A stretch of DNA of 59,780 nucleotides, counting the filler, from Bipalium vagum (lineage: Eukaryota): assembly GCA_037834085.1 (NCBI GenBank). It is 3 parts of 3 records of this genome, joined end to end, with 100 filler letters (N's around TTAATTAATTAA, not from the genome) between each part and the next. Parts side by side here need not be neighbours in the genome. Positions count along the whole stretch, not along the records: positions 1 to 20,782 come from JBBMKC010246990.1; positions 20,883 to 43,967 come from JBBMKC010213366.1; 1 more part is not named here. One strand, 5' to 3'. Below are positions 13,815 through 25,319 of the stretch, piece by piece. Every line of letters begins with the position of its first letter. Position 1 is the stretch's first letter. The notes under the pieces are model-generated. The model worked only from the letters and a program-made list of their open reading frames with translations, did not search any database and had not been told where the DNA came from. A program made the translations under genes and the position numbers.

Positions 13815-16800
13815 TTATTATTGTTATTATTATTATTATTATTATTATTTATTAATATTATTTTTATTTCAATTTTATTTAGTACTATTATTATTATTCT
13901 AAATATTATAATATTTTTAATATAACAACATTAATATTATTATTATTCTTCGTTAATTATCGATTGATATTCAGACGAAGACGGCCTGTCCGGAACTCTC
14001 ATCACCAATATCCACAAGCTTGAAGGTCTCAATCCGGAATTCAGTACGTAAAAACTTCAGGGTTTTTCCCATTCTTGCTTCCTCCCTTATTTTCCTCTTT
14101 CCAGGATATTCTTTGTCCTTTGAAGTCGATTCGTTCAAAGTCAATGAACTGAAAGCTCGAACCAAGTTCCGTACGGGTGGAAGCAATGTGTCTTGGGACG
14201 AGGTTATTTATCAATTATTTTTTATTTTTATTATTTTTATGCTTTCCTCGCTTTTCAAAGACTTCAGAATTTATGAATTATTTTTATCATCATTATATTT
14301 TTAATTTATTATTATGTATTTCAACCAAACATTCTATTGATAAAAAAGAATGAATATACTTTTATATAGATTTATTGACAGACCATAGGAATTTTTAATT
14401 TTTAAATCATTAACAATATAAAATTTTAAAAATAAAAATATTTAAAATTCAGAAAAAATAATAATTTTATATTTTTAAGTGAAGAATAGTTAAGTTTCTG
14501 CTGTGCTAATTTATTTTTCTATTTTTTAAAAATAAATAAATATTAAAAATATTATGATAATAATAAAATTAATCATTAATAGTAATAATTAAAAATAATA
14601 ATTAAAAATAATATTATTATTAATAAAAAAACGTATAATCGGCTAATGGCTATTATTAATCGCTAATGATATTTTGTCGATTCATAACATTTTCTAATGA
14701 TTTTCCATAAAATTTATTTATTTAAAATATTTAATAATTTGAAAAAGAAATTCTCTAAGTTATCTCCACCCATTTTAGCTTCTCTTCTCTTTCCAATATT
14801 AAATTCAATAAATGGTTTTATCCAATAAGATTTTTACTATGTTAATTTCTTATGTACCATTTTTAATATCATCCATGATCTAAATAAAAGTCTAATAAGC
14901 TACCTTCAACTATATCATTATTTTTATCAAATTTTGTAAGTATTCATTTCTTATTAAATATATTTGATGTTTTATTAATTTGAGCAGGGATTTAAGACAA
15001 AAAATAAAAATAATTAATAATAATAATAATAGGATGCTTAAATATTTCGATGATAAAAAATTACCTCTATGTTACTTTTGTTTCCAGTCCTTTGACATTG
15101 ACCTTGACTGCAGCAAAACAATGAGCATTTTAGTGTACGAAATGAAAAATTACGGAGAAAATAAAGAATCACTGATCGGATATTTCGATATCGAAGTAAA
15201 GTTGAAATGCTTTTTATTTTTATATTATCATAATATAATTATTTATTATTTATTTTAATTTTTTAAAAATATTTTGAAAATTTATTCATGTTTTACTTAT
15301 CTAAAATTAATTTTAAAAATAAATTTCTAATTACAATTTATCCATTATTAATTAAAATAATTAATAATAATAATGAATAATAATAATTAAAATGACTAAT
15401 GATCGTAATAAAAAAAAATAATAATAAAAATAATTTTTATACTGATTCAGTTGAATCCGCAAATAATGAAAAGCGAAACCATCGTCAAGACTGCGCCGAT
15501 ATTGAGCAATGAATCTGTCAAGGCAAGGCTATCATGATTGTGTGACGTTGTATTTGAGTATCTCTTTTTTTTCAGCTGACCGTCGAAGTCCTGTTGAAGT
15601 TTGAAGCCAAAAATGAGTCGATGAAGCGCCAACCTTCAATAATGAAGGCCGGGCTCTTTGGAGTACCAATAAAATCCATTGTTGCGTAAGAAGAACAATT
15701 TTATTGCAGAAAGATTTGTATCGTTGGAAATATCAACTCTAATTTAATTGATTATTTATTTTCTTTTTTTTTTAATTATTTTTTTAAAAAGTTTTTCAGG
15801 CCTAAAATTTGATCAGTAATGTTTTTTAAAGACCTTTTTTTGAAAAACTGAAAAAACTTTGAATTTTATTTAAAGTATTTATAAATATTTTAATGAATTA
15901 TTATTATTATTATTTAGATAAAGTTTTATTTTAAATATTACTTTAATTAATCAATAATTAAATTATCACATTTAGAAATTAAAAATTAATTTTATAATAA
16001 ATTAAATTAGTAAATTTTAAGACAGATTTTAAAATCTTATCATTTAATATTTCTTAAAATATATAAAATTTAAAATAATAATAGTAATAATATAACAATA
16101 ATATTTCAACCTCTTCAAGGAAATATTTTCCATTTTGTAAATTTCATGGAAATTTCAATAATTTCTCATTTTGAAATCCGAAAAATAAATTATTTTTAAT
16201 TTTCTGAATTATATAAAATTGATTTATTAAAATATATATAAATATTGATTTAGAAATTGTATTTAATGTTTATGATAAATTTAAAATATTTACAGAAATT
16301 AATTATTATTTTTTCAATTCAATTCATTTTTTGATTTTAATTTAATATTATATTTTTTTAAAATAATAAATAATATTTTAATTAATTAATTAAATTTTTT
16401 TTAAATTTAAAAAACTCTAATTTTAATTTTTAAAATAAGTTTTGTGTAAAAATTTTTAAAAATATTTTCCATTTTTTTAATTTACAATTTTTGAGTACAA
16501 TTGTAAATTTACAATTGAGTAATTAATAAATAACAAAAATATATGAATCATTAAGAAAATACAAAAATTTAAATATTTAATAATTGAAGTGAAATCTGAG
16601 ATAAATTTTTTTTATAATGGAAAAAGAAAATGTTTTTTTAAATTATTATTTTTTTTTATTTCTTAATTTAAAAATTAAAATTTATTTTCTTTCATAAACC
16701 ATTATTATAGGAGAGAAAAATCTCAAGGCATCATAATGGCCGATAATGTCCCAATGGTAATTGCGGGGTGTATAAGGCGCATTGAAAACTCATTAGATGA

Positions 16801-19668
16801 AGAAGGAATTTATCGAATTTCCGGAAGCAAAAATGAAATTAACGTGCTTTACAAGAGATTAAATAAAAGTAGTTTTATTTTCTTTTTGTCTCTCTCCTTT
16901 CTTTTGGAGAAGATATTTCTTTTGATAAATTTTTTCTTTAATCTAATTGGAGAACGAGAATTAATTATAAGTGAACTTTAAACACATAATGTAAAATGCA
17001 TAGACCCAATACCATGCATTTACTAATACAATCATTAGAAAGGACTTCTGCTTTCCCGTAAGTAGTTTGGATATCTGTCAAGAACTCTGGCTTGAGAGAA
17101 TCAATAAATTTCATAAAGGCACTGTTTACAGCTTTGAATTGGAATTTTTCAATATCCCATGCGATTTTGGCTGTGTGGAATCATCTACAGAATTCATATT
17201 CCGTTAAAATGCGAATTTTCAATTTTTCCTTTATCTGTAAACCGTAATTTACAAATTTTATTAAAAAATATCAACTAATTTTTTTTAATTGTGTGGTTCT
17301 GACGAACTATGAATTTTTAATTTATAATAAAAATGCCCAGAAATAACAAAATGGAAGTTACTAACAATTGTAATAATAGTAATAATAATAAAAAATAAAA
17401 ATTTTTCCATCATAAAATTTCCAATATTTAATATTATAATCAATATTTAAAATTGTAATGAAAATGATAAATAATTCATATTGCCATATTGATATTATAT
17501 CAGATATAATAATAGATCCTATGTAAATCAATAAATTTTAAAGAAATAAAGAATTGAAAATATCTAGGGGTTTGATGATTAAATTTATTTTAAAATTCCA
17601 ATTTGAGGTAAAAGTAAATAATGAAAGTAAATGATGAATTCCTTCGTGTCGAATTTTAGAATAGAATCAATATATAAATCCAGGCGTGATTAAAGATGTA
17701 TAAGATATACATGATCTTTTTATCTACCAACTTTGAGTTCTGATATTCCTTTTTTGGCCCCACATAATTACAGAAGGTCTTTAATTGTACAATAATCTTT
17801 GATGTCCTTAATATCCTTTTCTGAAATTATCTTTATTTGTCAGATGTTTGGTCTAACTCTTATGTCCTAATCTCTTCTTTGTCTCGTACGATACTCTTCT
17901 ATTATTTCTTTTATGTTCTCACTTTTATTTAATTCTAGACACTTTGAATGCAATTCAAAATTTATCCGATTTCGATTTGCACTCCATCACGGGTATTGTG
18001 AAAATGTATTTGAGAGAATTGCCCGAACCCCTTTTGTTATCGGAAAACTATGAGCGATTAATGAACATTGCAAGTAAGATGATTTTTATCTTAAATTTGG
18101 ATATTTTATTATTATTTATTTTCACTTTAACCTTTATTAATCAAGGCTTATTTTTATTATTTTTTATTTATTATTATTACATCGGTTGGGCGATTACTTG
18201 AAATACAGAGTACTGTCAAGATCCTCAAAAGATGGTTAAGCTTAATTAATTATACTGAGGTTTTAACGTATGAAACGTAAAAAACAAATCAACGCAAATT
18301 ATTATAAAAAATCTGTTAGTGATAATGCAAATTATATTTTTAAAAATCAAGCGTTTATCAAATGTCGTGCTCATTATTTGAGAAAACTTCCAAAATAATT
18401 TTAGAACGTTTTTAGTTAGCAAAATCAAACACCTGTCGCTCTCAGACTGAGACGTTCTCAGAAGATAGTTAATTCACCATCATACTTCGTATTTGAATAT
18501 GTTATGTGAATTGAGAAAAAACAAAAAATCAGTGGTGAGGAAATTAAAAAAATCGTTAAATTGATTCTAGGATGCTGAGTAATAGCCTTCAGTTCAAATA
18601 AAGTATAAGTAATAGCCAGTGGTGTCCTGATACTTCTGTCCAATAAATAAATTATAAAAATCATTCTAATCGATTGATTCGACTGTTGATCTATTAATGT
18701 CAATATTTATCAATACGGGCAACACTTTGTTTTATAGATAAAAATCCCGGGTAGTTTTTTAAAAAAATAAAATTAATTTGATCGAAAGAGAAAACTTTGT
18801 TTTATAAATAAAACACGATCACTGGATGGTTCATTATTCACGTGAAATACCACGAAAAAATTCTGTAAACTTGCTGGTGAACCATTATTTTATTTATCTT
18901 TTGTATCAACTAAATACGTACAGTGGTGAGCAAAAGTTTAGGGCATCTTGTAGAATTTTAATTATCTTAGAAGTTTTATTTAATTTGACACACATAATCA
19001 ATTTAAAGACCAATGGAAATTTATTTACAAAAAACAAAAATCATATCTCAGTCAAATTAATATTTTGTTGATCCTCTACGGGCAGTAATAACGACTTTCA
19101 GACGGTCTGGCATAGAATTCACATACGTCGCAGAGAGCATTCTGTTTATTTCCGTACAGAAAACGGACTTTAATACATCTTTTGGTTGTTGGCAATTGGC
19201 TGGATTTCTTTGGGCAACTAATTCCTTAAGTTTTTCATACTTTTTCTAAGAGATTTAAGTCTGTGGTATTTCCAGGTCATTGTAAAGTTATGATGTCATG
19301 ATTTATGTCAGAATGTTTTCATTTAACTCATTAGCAAGTATCCTATTCCAGAACTGGAAGATGCCTCAGAACGTTATCATCTCTATGAAGAAGTCGTCCA
19401 CAAACTTCCAGAACCCAATCATTCCACATTTATTTTTCTATTGAAACACTTTGAACAGGTGTGTGCTCATTCCTCCAAAAATCAGATGATTGCCGGCAAT
19501 CTGGGACTGATTCTCGGTCCAACTTTGATTATGCCTCCCTGCACGTCGGACAGGGCAGAGTTCGGTCAAATCAATATCGCTTTGGAAACGATGCACAGCA
19601 TGCTGTTGGCCAGAGTGTTTACCCATATCATGCTCGGAGTCTTGCAAGGCCATATCAACCTCCAGTGA
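1954..19668 (+). CDS. ABR: BCR/ABR-like Rho GTPase regulator (PH - C2 - RhoGAP), 5'-partial; the DH domain is not seen in the window
   Basis: Manually spliced exons with consistent phases: 1954-2254, 2930-3027, 13347-13415, 13462-13668, 13727-13766, 13975-14043, 14105-14202, 15088-15195, 15451-15522, 15576-15685, 16711-16868, 17939-18073, 19352-19668(TGA). Peptides are colinear with recalled BCR/ABR: VELFPNEQRKLRHLFL..FEVKWFISL (PH); LFLISPSITF..EMWKSEI; SFEVDSF..KARTK..WDESFDIDL (C2); KRQPS..GLFGV; EGIYRISG (Arg finger intact); VKMYLRELPEPL; NQMIAGNLGLILGPTL (RhoGAP). BCR and ABR cannot be distinguished here. Confidence 0.9.
3860..4322. repeat. Interspersed repeat copy A, bracketed by a 46-bp direct repeat
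   Basis: Direct repeats 3814-3859 and 4323-4368 (44/46 identical); internal sequence homologous to about 5960-6240. Confidence 0.7.
5960..6240. repeat. Interspersed repeat copy B (diverged homolog of 3917-4200)
   Basis: Shared colinear blocks catagggt, cgaatgggtga, tctaga.tcagataag, tgctgtt, gcagc.ga.ga, cgatga.tggc. Confidence 0.65.
6830..6874 (+). CDS. Candidate 45-nt phase-0 exon of the BCR/ABR-like gene (IHSQSSKGLVRSKSN)
   Basis: ttgtaaag acceptor, gtaagt donor, open frame, phase 0/0 matching the flanking exons (3027 and 13347). Confidence 0.5.
7151..8414 (-). mobile_element. Tc1-like transposon, both TIRs present, transposase decayed
   Basis: TIRs cagtatgcatcatattattaaaacca and tggttgtaataatatgactcatactg; minus-strand remnants CFSDES, HKAKVVSNFL. 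Confidence 0.85.
8470..9666 (+). mobile_element. Mariner transposon, both TIRs present, decayed
   Basis: TIRs ttaggtcatcccaaaagtt and aacttatgggatgacctaa; KRPALISRRKVLFHENSACMH..PPFSPEMAPSNYQMF. Confidence 0.88.
12040..12420 (-). mobile_element. Mariner transposase N-terminal fragment
   Basis: MRIFMKYDFKQGKTAAES..RRWFQQ..METDLQQTNREFAERSKCSHVTITNLLNSIGKK (HTH region). Confidence 0.75.
13773..13850. repeat. (ATT)n microsatellite in a BCR/ABR intron
   Basis: Slightly interrupted ATT array. Confidence 0.9.
18921..19320 (-). mobile_element. Tc1 3' fragment in the last intron of BCR/ABR
   Basis: TA-cagtggtgagcaaaagt terminus; minus-strand PGNTTDLNLLEK and YVNSMP. Confidence 0.7.
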
Positions 19669-20782
19669 AATATGTTTATAATCATTGTTATTTTACCTTT
19701 ATATTATTGATTGTGATGACAATTTCCGATGGAGCTTGCAGAGATATATATTTGATAAATTCCGGAATTATTTAGCTTGGCGTGTAAAAACAACGTTTTC
19801 TTGTTTCGACTTGTTAATTTAATTAATAATAATTTCAAGAAAGGTTATTTAGGAAGAACAAAAATAATGTGGTTGTCCCTCCATAAAAATTCAGTCAATG
19901 CCATTTCTCAATTTTTTATTCTTTATACATCAATATGTTAAGGTTGATGCTCTCTGTACGAGAACGCTAATCCTTATGAACAAATTAACTCCTCACTTAT
20001 ATCATGGTTGCGTCCTAACTACGCGAAATCACAGTGAAACTGTTATTTTTCTTTTACAATAAAACAATAGAATGAGCAGTCAAACCCAACCACAAAATCT
20101 GCTTATATCGATCAGAAAAACAAATACCAACGTCATTAGTTCAAGTCGATAATTGATTTTCATAATGATCGAAAATAAAATGAATTAATTAATCAATGAA
20201 TAATGAATCAATAAATGAAAAAAGTAAAGAAAATGATTTAATGTTTATTTTACAGAAGAATTAAAGTTTGTATAAATTTCACAGTTCAAAACATCGATAA
20301 TGGGGGTAGCCTTAAATATTAAAAAATTCCATGAAATTAAGAAAAGTAATTGAACCAAATTTGCTCTCAGTAGACACAAAAGTTGTTGCGGTATTATTTA
20401 GACTCGTTTTAAGTAAATCAGAAGTGCGACAATTTGCAATTAATGATATTAAAACAAAATCAAAAAGAAGTACATTTTTAAAAGAAAAAAAAATGATTAT
20501 AAGGTAATTATCGATGAGTACAGTGGGTAGAAAGGTATAATTCAATTGATAATTATTGTTACTTTCCATCTGTTTTGTGTTGTATGGGAGCACTACTTAA
20601 TTGTCTTGTAGGAACCAGAAATCAAAGATCGCAATGCACTGAACTTTTAAGACTGTCAACTGACGGTTCAAATCTCGTGAGACTCACCATTCGTTAATTT
20701 TAATACCAACTGAAAAATATTTGTTGGATTCGCCAAAGGTTTGAACTGGAGGCCTAGAGACCACTAAGGATCTATAATAATA

Positions 20783-20882
20783 NNNNNNNNNNNNNNNNNN
20801 NNNNNNNNNNNNNNNNNNNNNNNNNNTTAATTAATTAANNNNNNNNNNNNNNNNNNNNNNNNNNNNNNNNNNNNNNNNNNNN
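20783..20882. other. Artificial scaffold-joining spacer
   Basis: 44 N + TTAATTAATTAA (stops in all six frames) + 44 N. Confidence 0.92.
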
Positions 20883-21100
20883 TTAATACAATATCTTGAA
20901 TTGTATTAAAATAATAACTTTAGATTATTCAAATTATCATAATGGAGTTTAGAGTAGACCCTTGTGTTAAAGTAAATGGTATTAATATAATTTACTTTTA
21001 CCGTTGTGAAACTTCATTATTGAAATTAAAAGGTTGGATAAAATTTCACCAAGGGCTACTGTCTCGTCTGGTATTCTTGGCAGTTTAATTTACAAGGTTT
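20883..21100 (+). repeat. Duplicate of 31061-31275 (sulfotransferase upstream region)
   Basis: 20883-21035 is identical to 31061-31213 (153 bp), followed by about 60 bp of diverged homology. Confidence 0.9.
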
Positions 21101-21104
21101 TCAA

Positions 21105-21754
21105 GCAGCAAAACAAAAGCAACAGATTATATAGATATACTTTCAGTTCAATTAATTGACTATATAGACCCATTTTTTCCATAAATGTCGTGTTTCAACA
21201 TGATAATGCGTCTATTCATGGTGCTAAAGTGACAAAAATGGCTTAAACATAAAAATATTAATATCTTAGAGTCGCACTCACATAGTCCAGACTTGAAATC
21301 AATAGAAAATATATGGGGTATCATCGTTAGGCGTACATACGCCTATGGGAGACAATTTAACGATACTGTTGATTTAGAAAAGGCTATCCGACATTGTTGG
21401 TAGGATATTGACATTAATATAACAACAGACTTGGTATTATTATATTATTATTCTATAAGAAACTTATTTTAATGAAATTAAGACAAACGGAGCTCGAACA
21501 GGATATTAAAGTTCAAAATTAACTAAATTTTATATATTTTGTAAATATAAATAAAATAGAAGTAATTTTATTTCACTGTTAAAATAGAAAAATTATTAAA
21601 TATATTTTTTGGAGATTGGCCTTTTGTCATACCTTTATTATTTTTATAACTTTAATGCACTTACCAAAAGTTCTCTGTACCTTAAAATATTTAGTAAATT
21701 TCTTCAATAGAAAATTTTTAATATGTGTGGAATTAATTCTATTTCGTCCACTAT
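21105..21754 (+). mobile_element. Tc1-like 3' fragment
   Basis: VFQHDNASIHGAKVTK, SPDL..IENIWG; similar by eye to 33105-33672. Confidence 0.75.
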
Positions 21755-21757
21755 ATA

Positions 21758-22570
21758 CAAGGTGAGGGAGTAGAATTGGCGCGGAAAATGAGTTAAAGAA
21801 AAACAACTGTAAAAGTTATAATTTTAAATATTTATTGCAAATTATAAATAAGGACACAAAGTGGTTATTGATAGATATAATTCATTCAATAAATCCATCT
21901 TTTGCATTAATAACCGCCTCGAGACGACTTCTGAAGTGAGAACAGGCATGTTTGACGACCACTGGAAACAAATCTTGAAATGCCTGACAGACTCTTGATC
22001 TCAGTTCGACTTTATTGGCAGAGGCAGTTTTATTTGTTATCCTTTCAACTGCGCCCAATACATAATAGTCGAGAGTATTGCAATCTGGGGAGTTAGGAGG
22101 CCACATTGCAGGAGTAATATGGTCAAAAAAGTTATCTGTCATCCACTTCTGAGTTTTCCGAGCAGTATGAGCTGGTGCAGAATCTTGCTGGAACACGTAT
22201 GGTCTTTCTGCACTTACTTCTTCGATTCATGGCTTAACAGCAGTAGTCAGAACATCCTGATAAACTTTCTGGTTCACTTTGAAGCCTTCCGTAAAGACGT
22301 ATGGTGGCATAAAATGCCCATCAATGCTCACAACACCTAATACCATTATGTGAGCCGGAAACTTTGTTTTCATTACTATGGGAGCATCTTTGGGACTCAA
22401 AGCCAAACATCTGTTGTTCTGTTTATTATGTGCTTGATCTTGACAGAAGTTTTTCTCTTCAGATAAAGACCATAACAACTTTTTCTCTGGAGGATGCTTG
22501 AGCTTACCTAAAGGTTTCTTGCTTTTTACGACACGTTTCTCTTTTGTATTTTCAATAAGCAGTTGGCCAG
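21758..22570 (-). mobile_element. DD37D (maT-type) transposon remnant
   Basis: FQQD followed by exactly 37 residues to the D of SPDCNTLD; upstream SEEKNF and KTKFPAHIMVLG; TA-caaggtg terminus. Confidence 0.88.
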
Positions 22571-23199
22571 ATTTTTGACTTTCATATCGCGAAGAATTCT
22601 AGTCTGGAATTTATTTCTCTAGTTCTGGATTTGATTTTTTAACTTGACTTGTCTTGTTGTTTTGTGTTATTCGCGTCCTTTATGCCTTATGGTGAGTTTC
22701 TTTTATATTATTTATTTCTCATATTTTTTTATTTTTAGTAATAATATATTTCCATATTTTTATATAATTTAACTTTCTTAAAATAAGCTTTATTATTCTT
22801 TTTTATGTAATTTTCTATTTTTAGTAACTGTTTGGTTTCTAATTTTAATTTAATAACAAATTTTATATTTTTTCAGAAACTCTGATAATGTTAATAATAA
22901 TATTAATAATAATAACAATGATAATAAGAATAATAATAATTAATTAATTAAAAGAAGGTTTTTTGGTGATCAGCCACAAAGCTTTACATAACAACATAAA
23001 AATAAAATTAAAATAATTATTAGAATCACGACATTTATGGATCAGTAAAGTTGTTCAATAGTTAATAAAATGACATAAAAATTTTTATTGTGGGATACTC
23101 CACAATAGGTTGAATGTATTCTTCCCCTAAATTATTCATTAAATGAAGAACATTAAAATACTTTTTCAAAGTTGCTTATTTATCACAAATCAATTATAT

Positions 23200-24630
23200 A
23201 AAATCAAAGCAACTGACTCTCTGGGATGCCCATTGAAGCCTACATACGGAAAAAACCCTTGATTCTGCCAAAATCATCTTTATAAGACCTGGTCCTGCAA
23301 TGGCCGTTGCCCGAAATCTTCATGACCAATTCCATAAACTATTTCCCTTTTTCCAATTGGCTGACTGGAAAATTATTTTATGGTCAATTCACTGGAATGA
23401 TCAACATTCGGTTCTTTATATTGCCGATAAAGAGAGACGCCAATCATTTCTTTTAGACCCCTCTTCTCCAGATTGAACTTCTAATAAAACTTCTTTTCAT
23501 AACCTATTAAATAGAATAATCACCTCACTATCTTATCCTGCTGACGAATTCTGTCTCTCCCTTCTTTCATTGAAAATCTCCCACTCCAAAATACGAATAC
23601 AGGTTGTGAACTGTTTATATGCAGGTACGCAATAGATTATTTTATTGGAAATCGATATTTCAGGACCCCAGTTATGCCAAACATGCTAACTAAAATTAAT
23701 AATATTTTAAATACATGTAATATAATTAACTTAAAAATTAATCATAATAAAAATAATTATAATAATGATAAAAACGATAATTCCAAATCTGACTCCAATT
23801 TAATGCATTCGCTCTTAACTGAAACATTAAGTCTAATTAATTATGAAAATCCAAATATTACTGAACTATCAGGTAACGAATTAGTTTTTTCGTTTTTTCA
23901 GTTGTTTACATTTGTTAGCCCCTGGGATTCTCATTTATCTACCGATTTAAATTTTCATTATTTCATTGCCCATTTTGATTTTTATTTGTTCCGGGTTTTA
24001 CAGAATCACTTTATGGGTAAAATTTTTAAGAGTTCCGAAGGTATAAAGAATAAAATACTTTCTTTCTTTCATTCAAAAGATAGAGATTTCTTTAATACTG
24101 GGATCAATAAACTTGTAAATAGATGGGAGGCAGTAATAAAAAAAGATGGGGAATATCCGGATGATTAATTTTTTAATGTTTTATGATTAATAAAATAAAT
24201 TTAACGTCAGTTTTAGTTTAGTTTTTAATTAAAAAACGAAAAAAACGTAAAGCAATTAATAATTAATATCCCGACAGATTTAAGGTCAAAATTAACAAAC
24301 CACAAGCGTACTTAAATAATAAAATGACTCAATATTTAGGCTTAGAAATAACTATGAGCATAACTCCAAAGATACCTACAGATCTCTTCTACCTTGAGCT
24401 CTCCAACATCCTTCCAAACTCTCGATAATATTATTGCTTTCTTCTCCAAACCCGTTCCAAAACCAATTAATAAATCTTATCTCACCAAACTGAATAACTT
24501 CACTTATTCTGAGGACTCTAAGACATCTCTTCCAATCTCCATGAATGAATTAGAGATAGCCTTTAAAAATCCAAACCTTCTGCCCCCGAATCTGATGGAC
24601 TAACTTTCAACGACTGGAAAACTATTTAGT
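23200..24630 (+). mobile_element. Third, heavily decayed Ulp1-RT retrotransposon remnant, interrupted by a mariner fragment
   Basis: Ulp1-like WKIILWSIHWNDQHSVLYIADKR at about 23365-23435; RT-start-like ISMNELEIAF and KSKPSAPESDGLTFNDWK at about 24535-24620. Confidence 0.55.
23955..24250 (+). mobile_element. Mariner 3' fragment
   Basis: DFYLFRVLQNHF..GINKLVNRWEAVIKKDGEY. Confidence 0.8.
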
Positions 24631-25282
24631 GTTTAATAATCGATTTGGTGTTTACTTAAGTTTTATATTTCCATTGTCACTTTAAATGTTTAAATTTTCA
24701 TTTAAACATTATGCCTTACGTCACGCGCATATAAATCCTTTTGAAAAAATTTATATATGTTTAGTTGCCCAAACTTATCTCACATCTTTACATATTATTA
24801 AATCACTTTGAGCAAAACTTAACAATAATAAACATAGTAAATATTAAACGAAGGTAGCGTATTTTTTAGAAGAGCTGTCTGATTTGTTCCATAAATGTGT
24901 AACATACAAGTGCAATTACATTTATTTGATATTCGTAGATGTAGATTAAATATATAAATTCATAATAAATTAATAATATTATTTAATTATGAAAAATCTA
25001 AAATATTAATGTAAAATGGAAGAAAAGTAGCAATTTTTTCTGTGGAATATATTATAGAGAACTGTGATTAAAATACTTTTTACATATATATAAACATTAT
25101 TTCTACTGTTTCCGGAATAATGATCTGCAAAAGAACTGATGACGTCTTATTTGGTCTATGTTCTCAAAAATCGTCATTAACACCACACTTAGAACTCTCT
25201 GTATTACCTGTAATAAAAAAGAAATATGCATAAAAACAATTTTATTATTTGATATAATATAAATCTTATTTTGTACCCCAAT

Positions 25283-25318
25283 TTATAAACGACCAAATAT
25301 TAATTTGGTCGTTTATAA
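25283..25318. repeat. Perfect 16-bp inverted repeat with 4-nt loop
   Basis: ttataaacgaccaaat-atta-atttggtcgtttataa. Confidence 0.95.
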
Positions 25319-25319
25319 G

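Noticed and set aside
20827-20838. TTAATTAATTAA as a piggyBac target or biological palindrome
   Set aside because: Centred in exactly 44+44 Ns twice, so it is an assembly linker.
23674-24168. 164-aa ORF as a host gene or domesticated transposase fusion
   Set aside because: Chance read-through of Asn-rich low-complexity retroelement debris into a mariner C-terminal fragment lacking the catalytic core.
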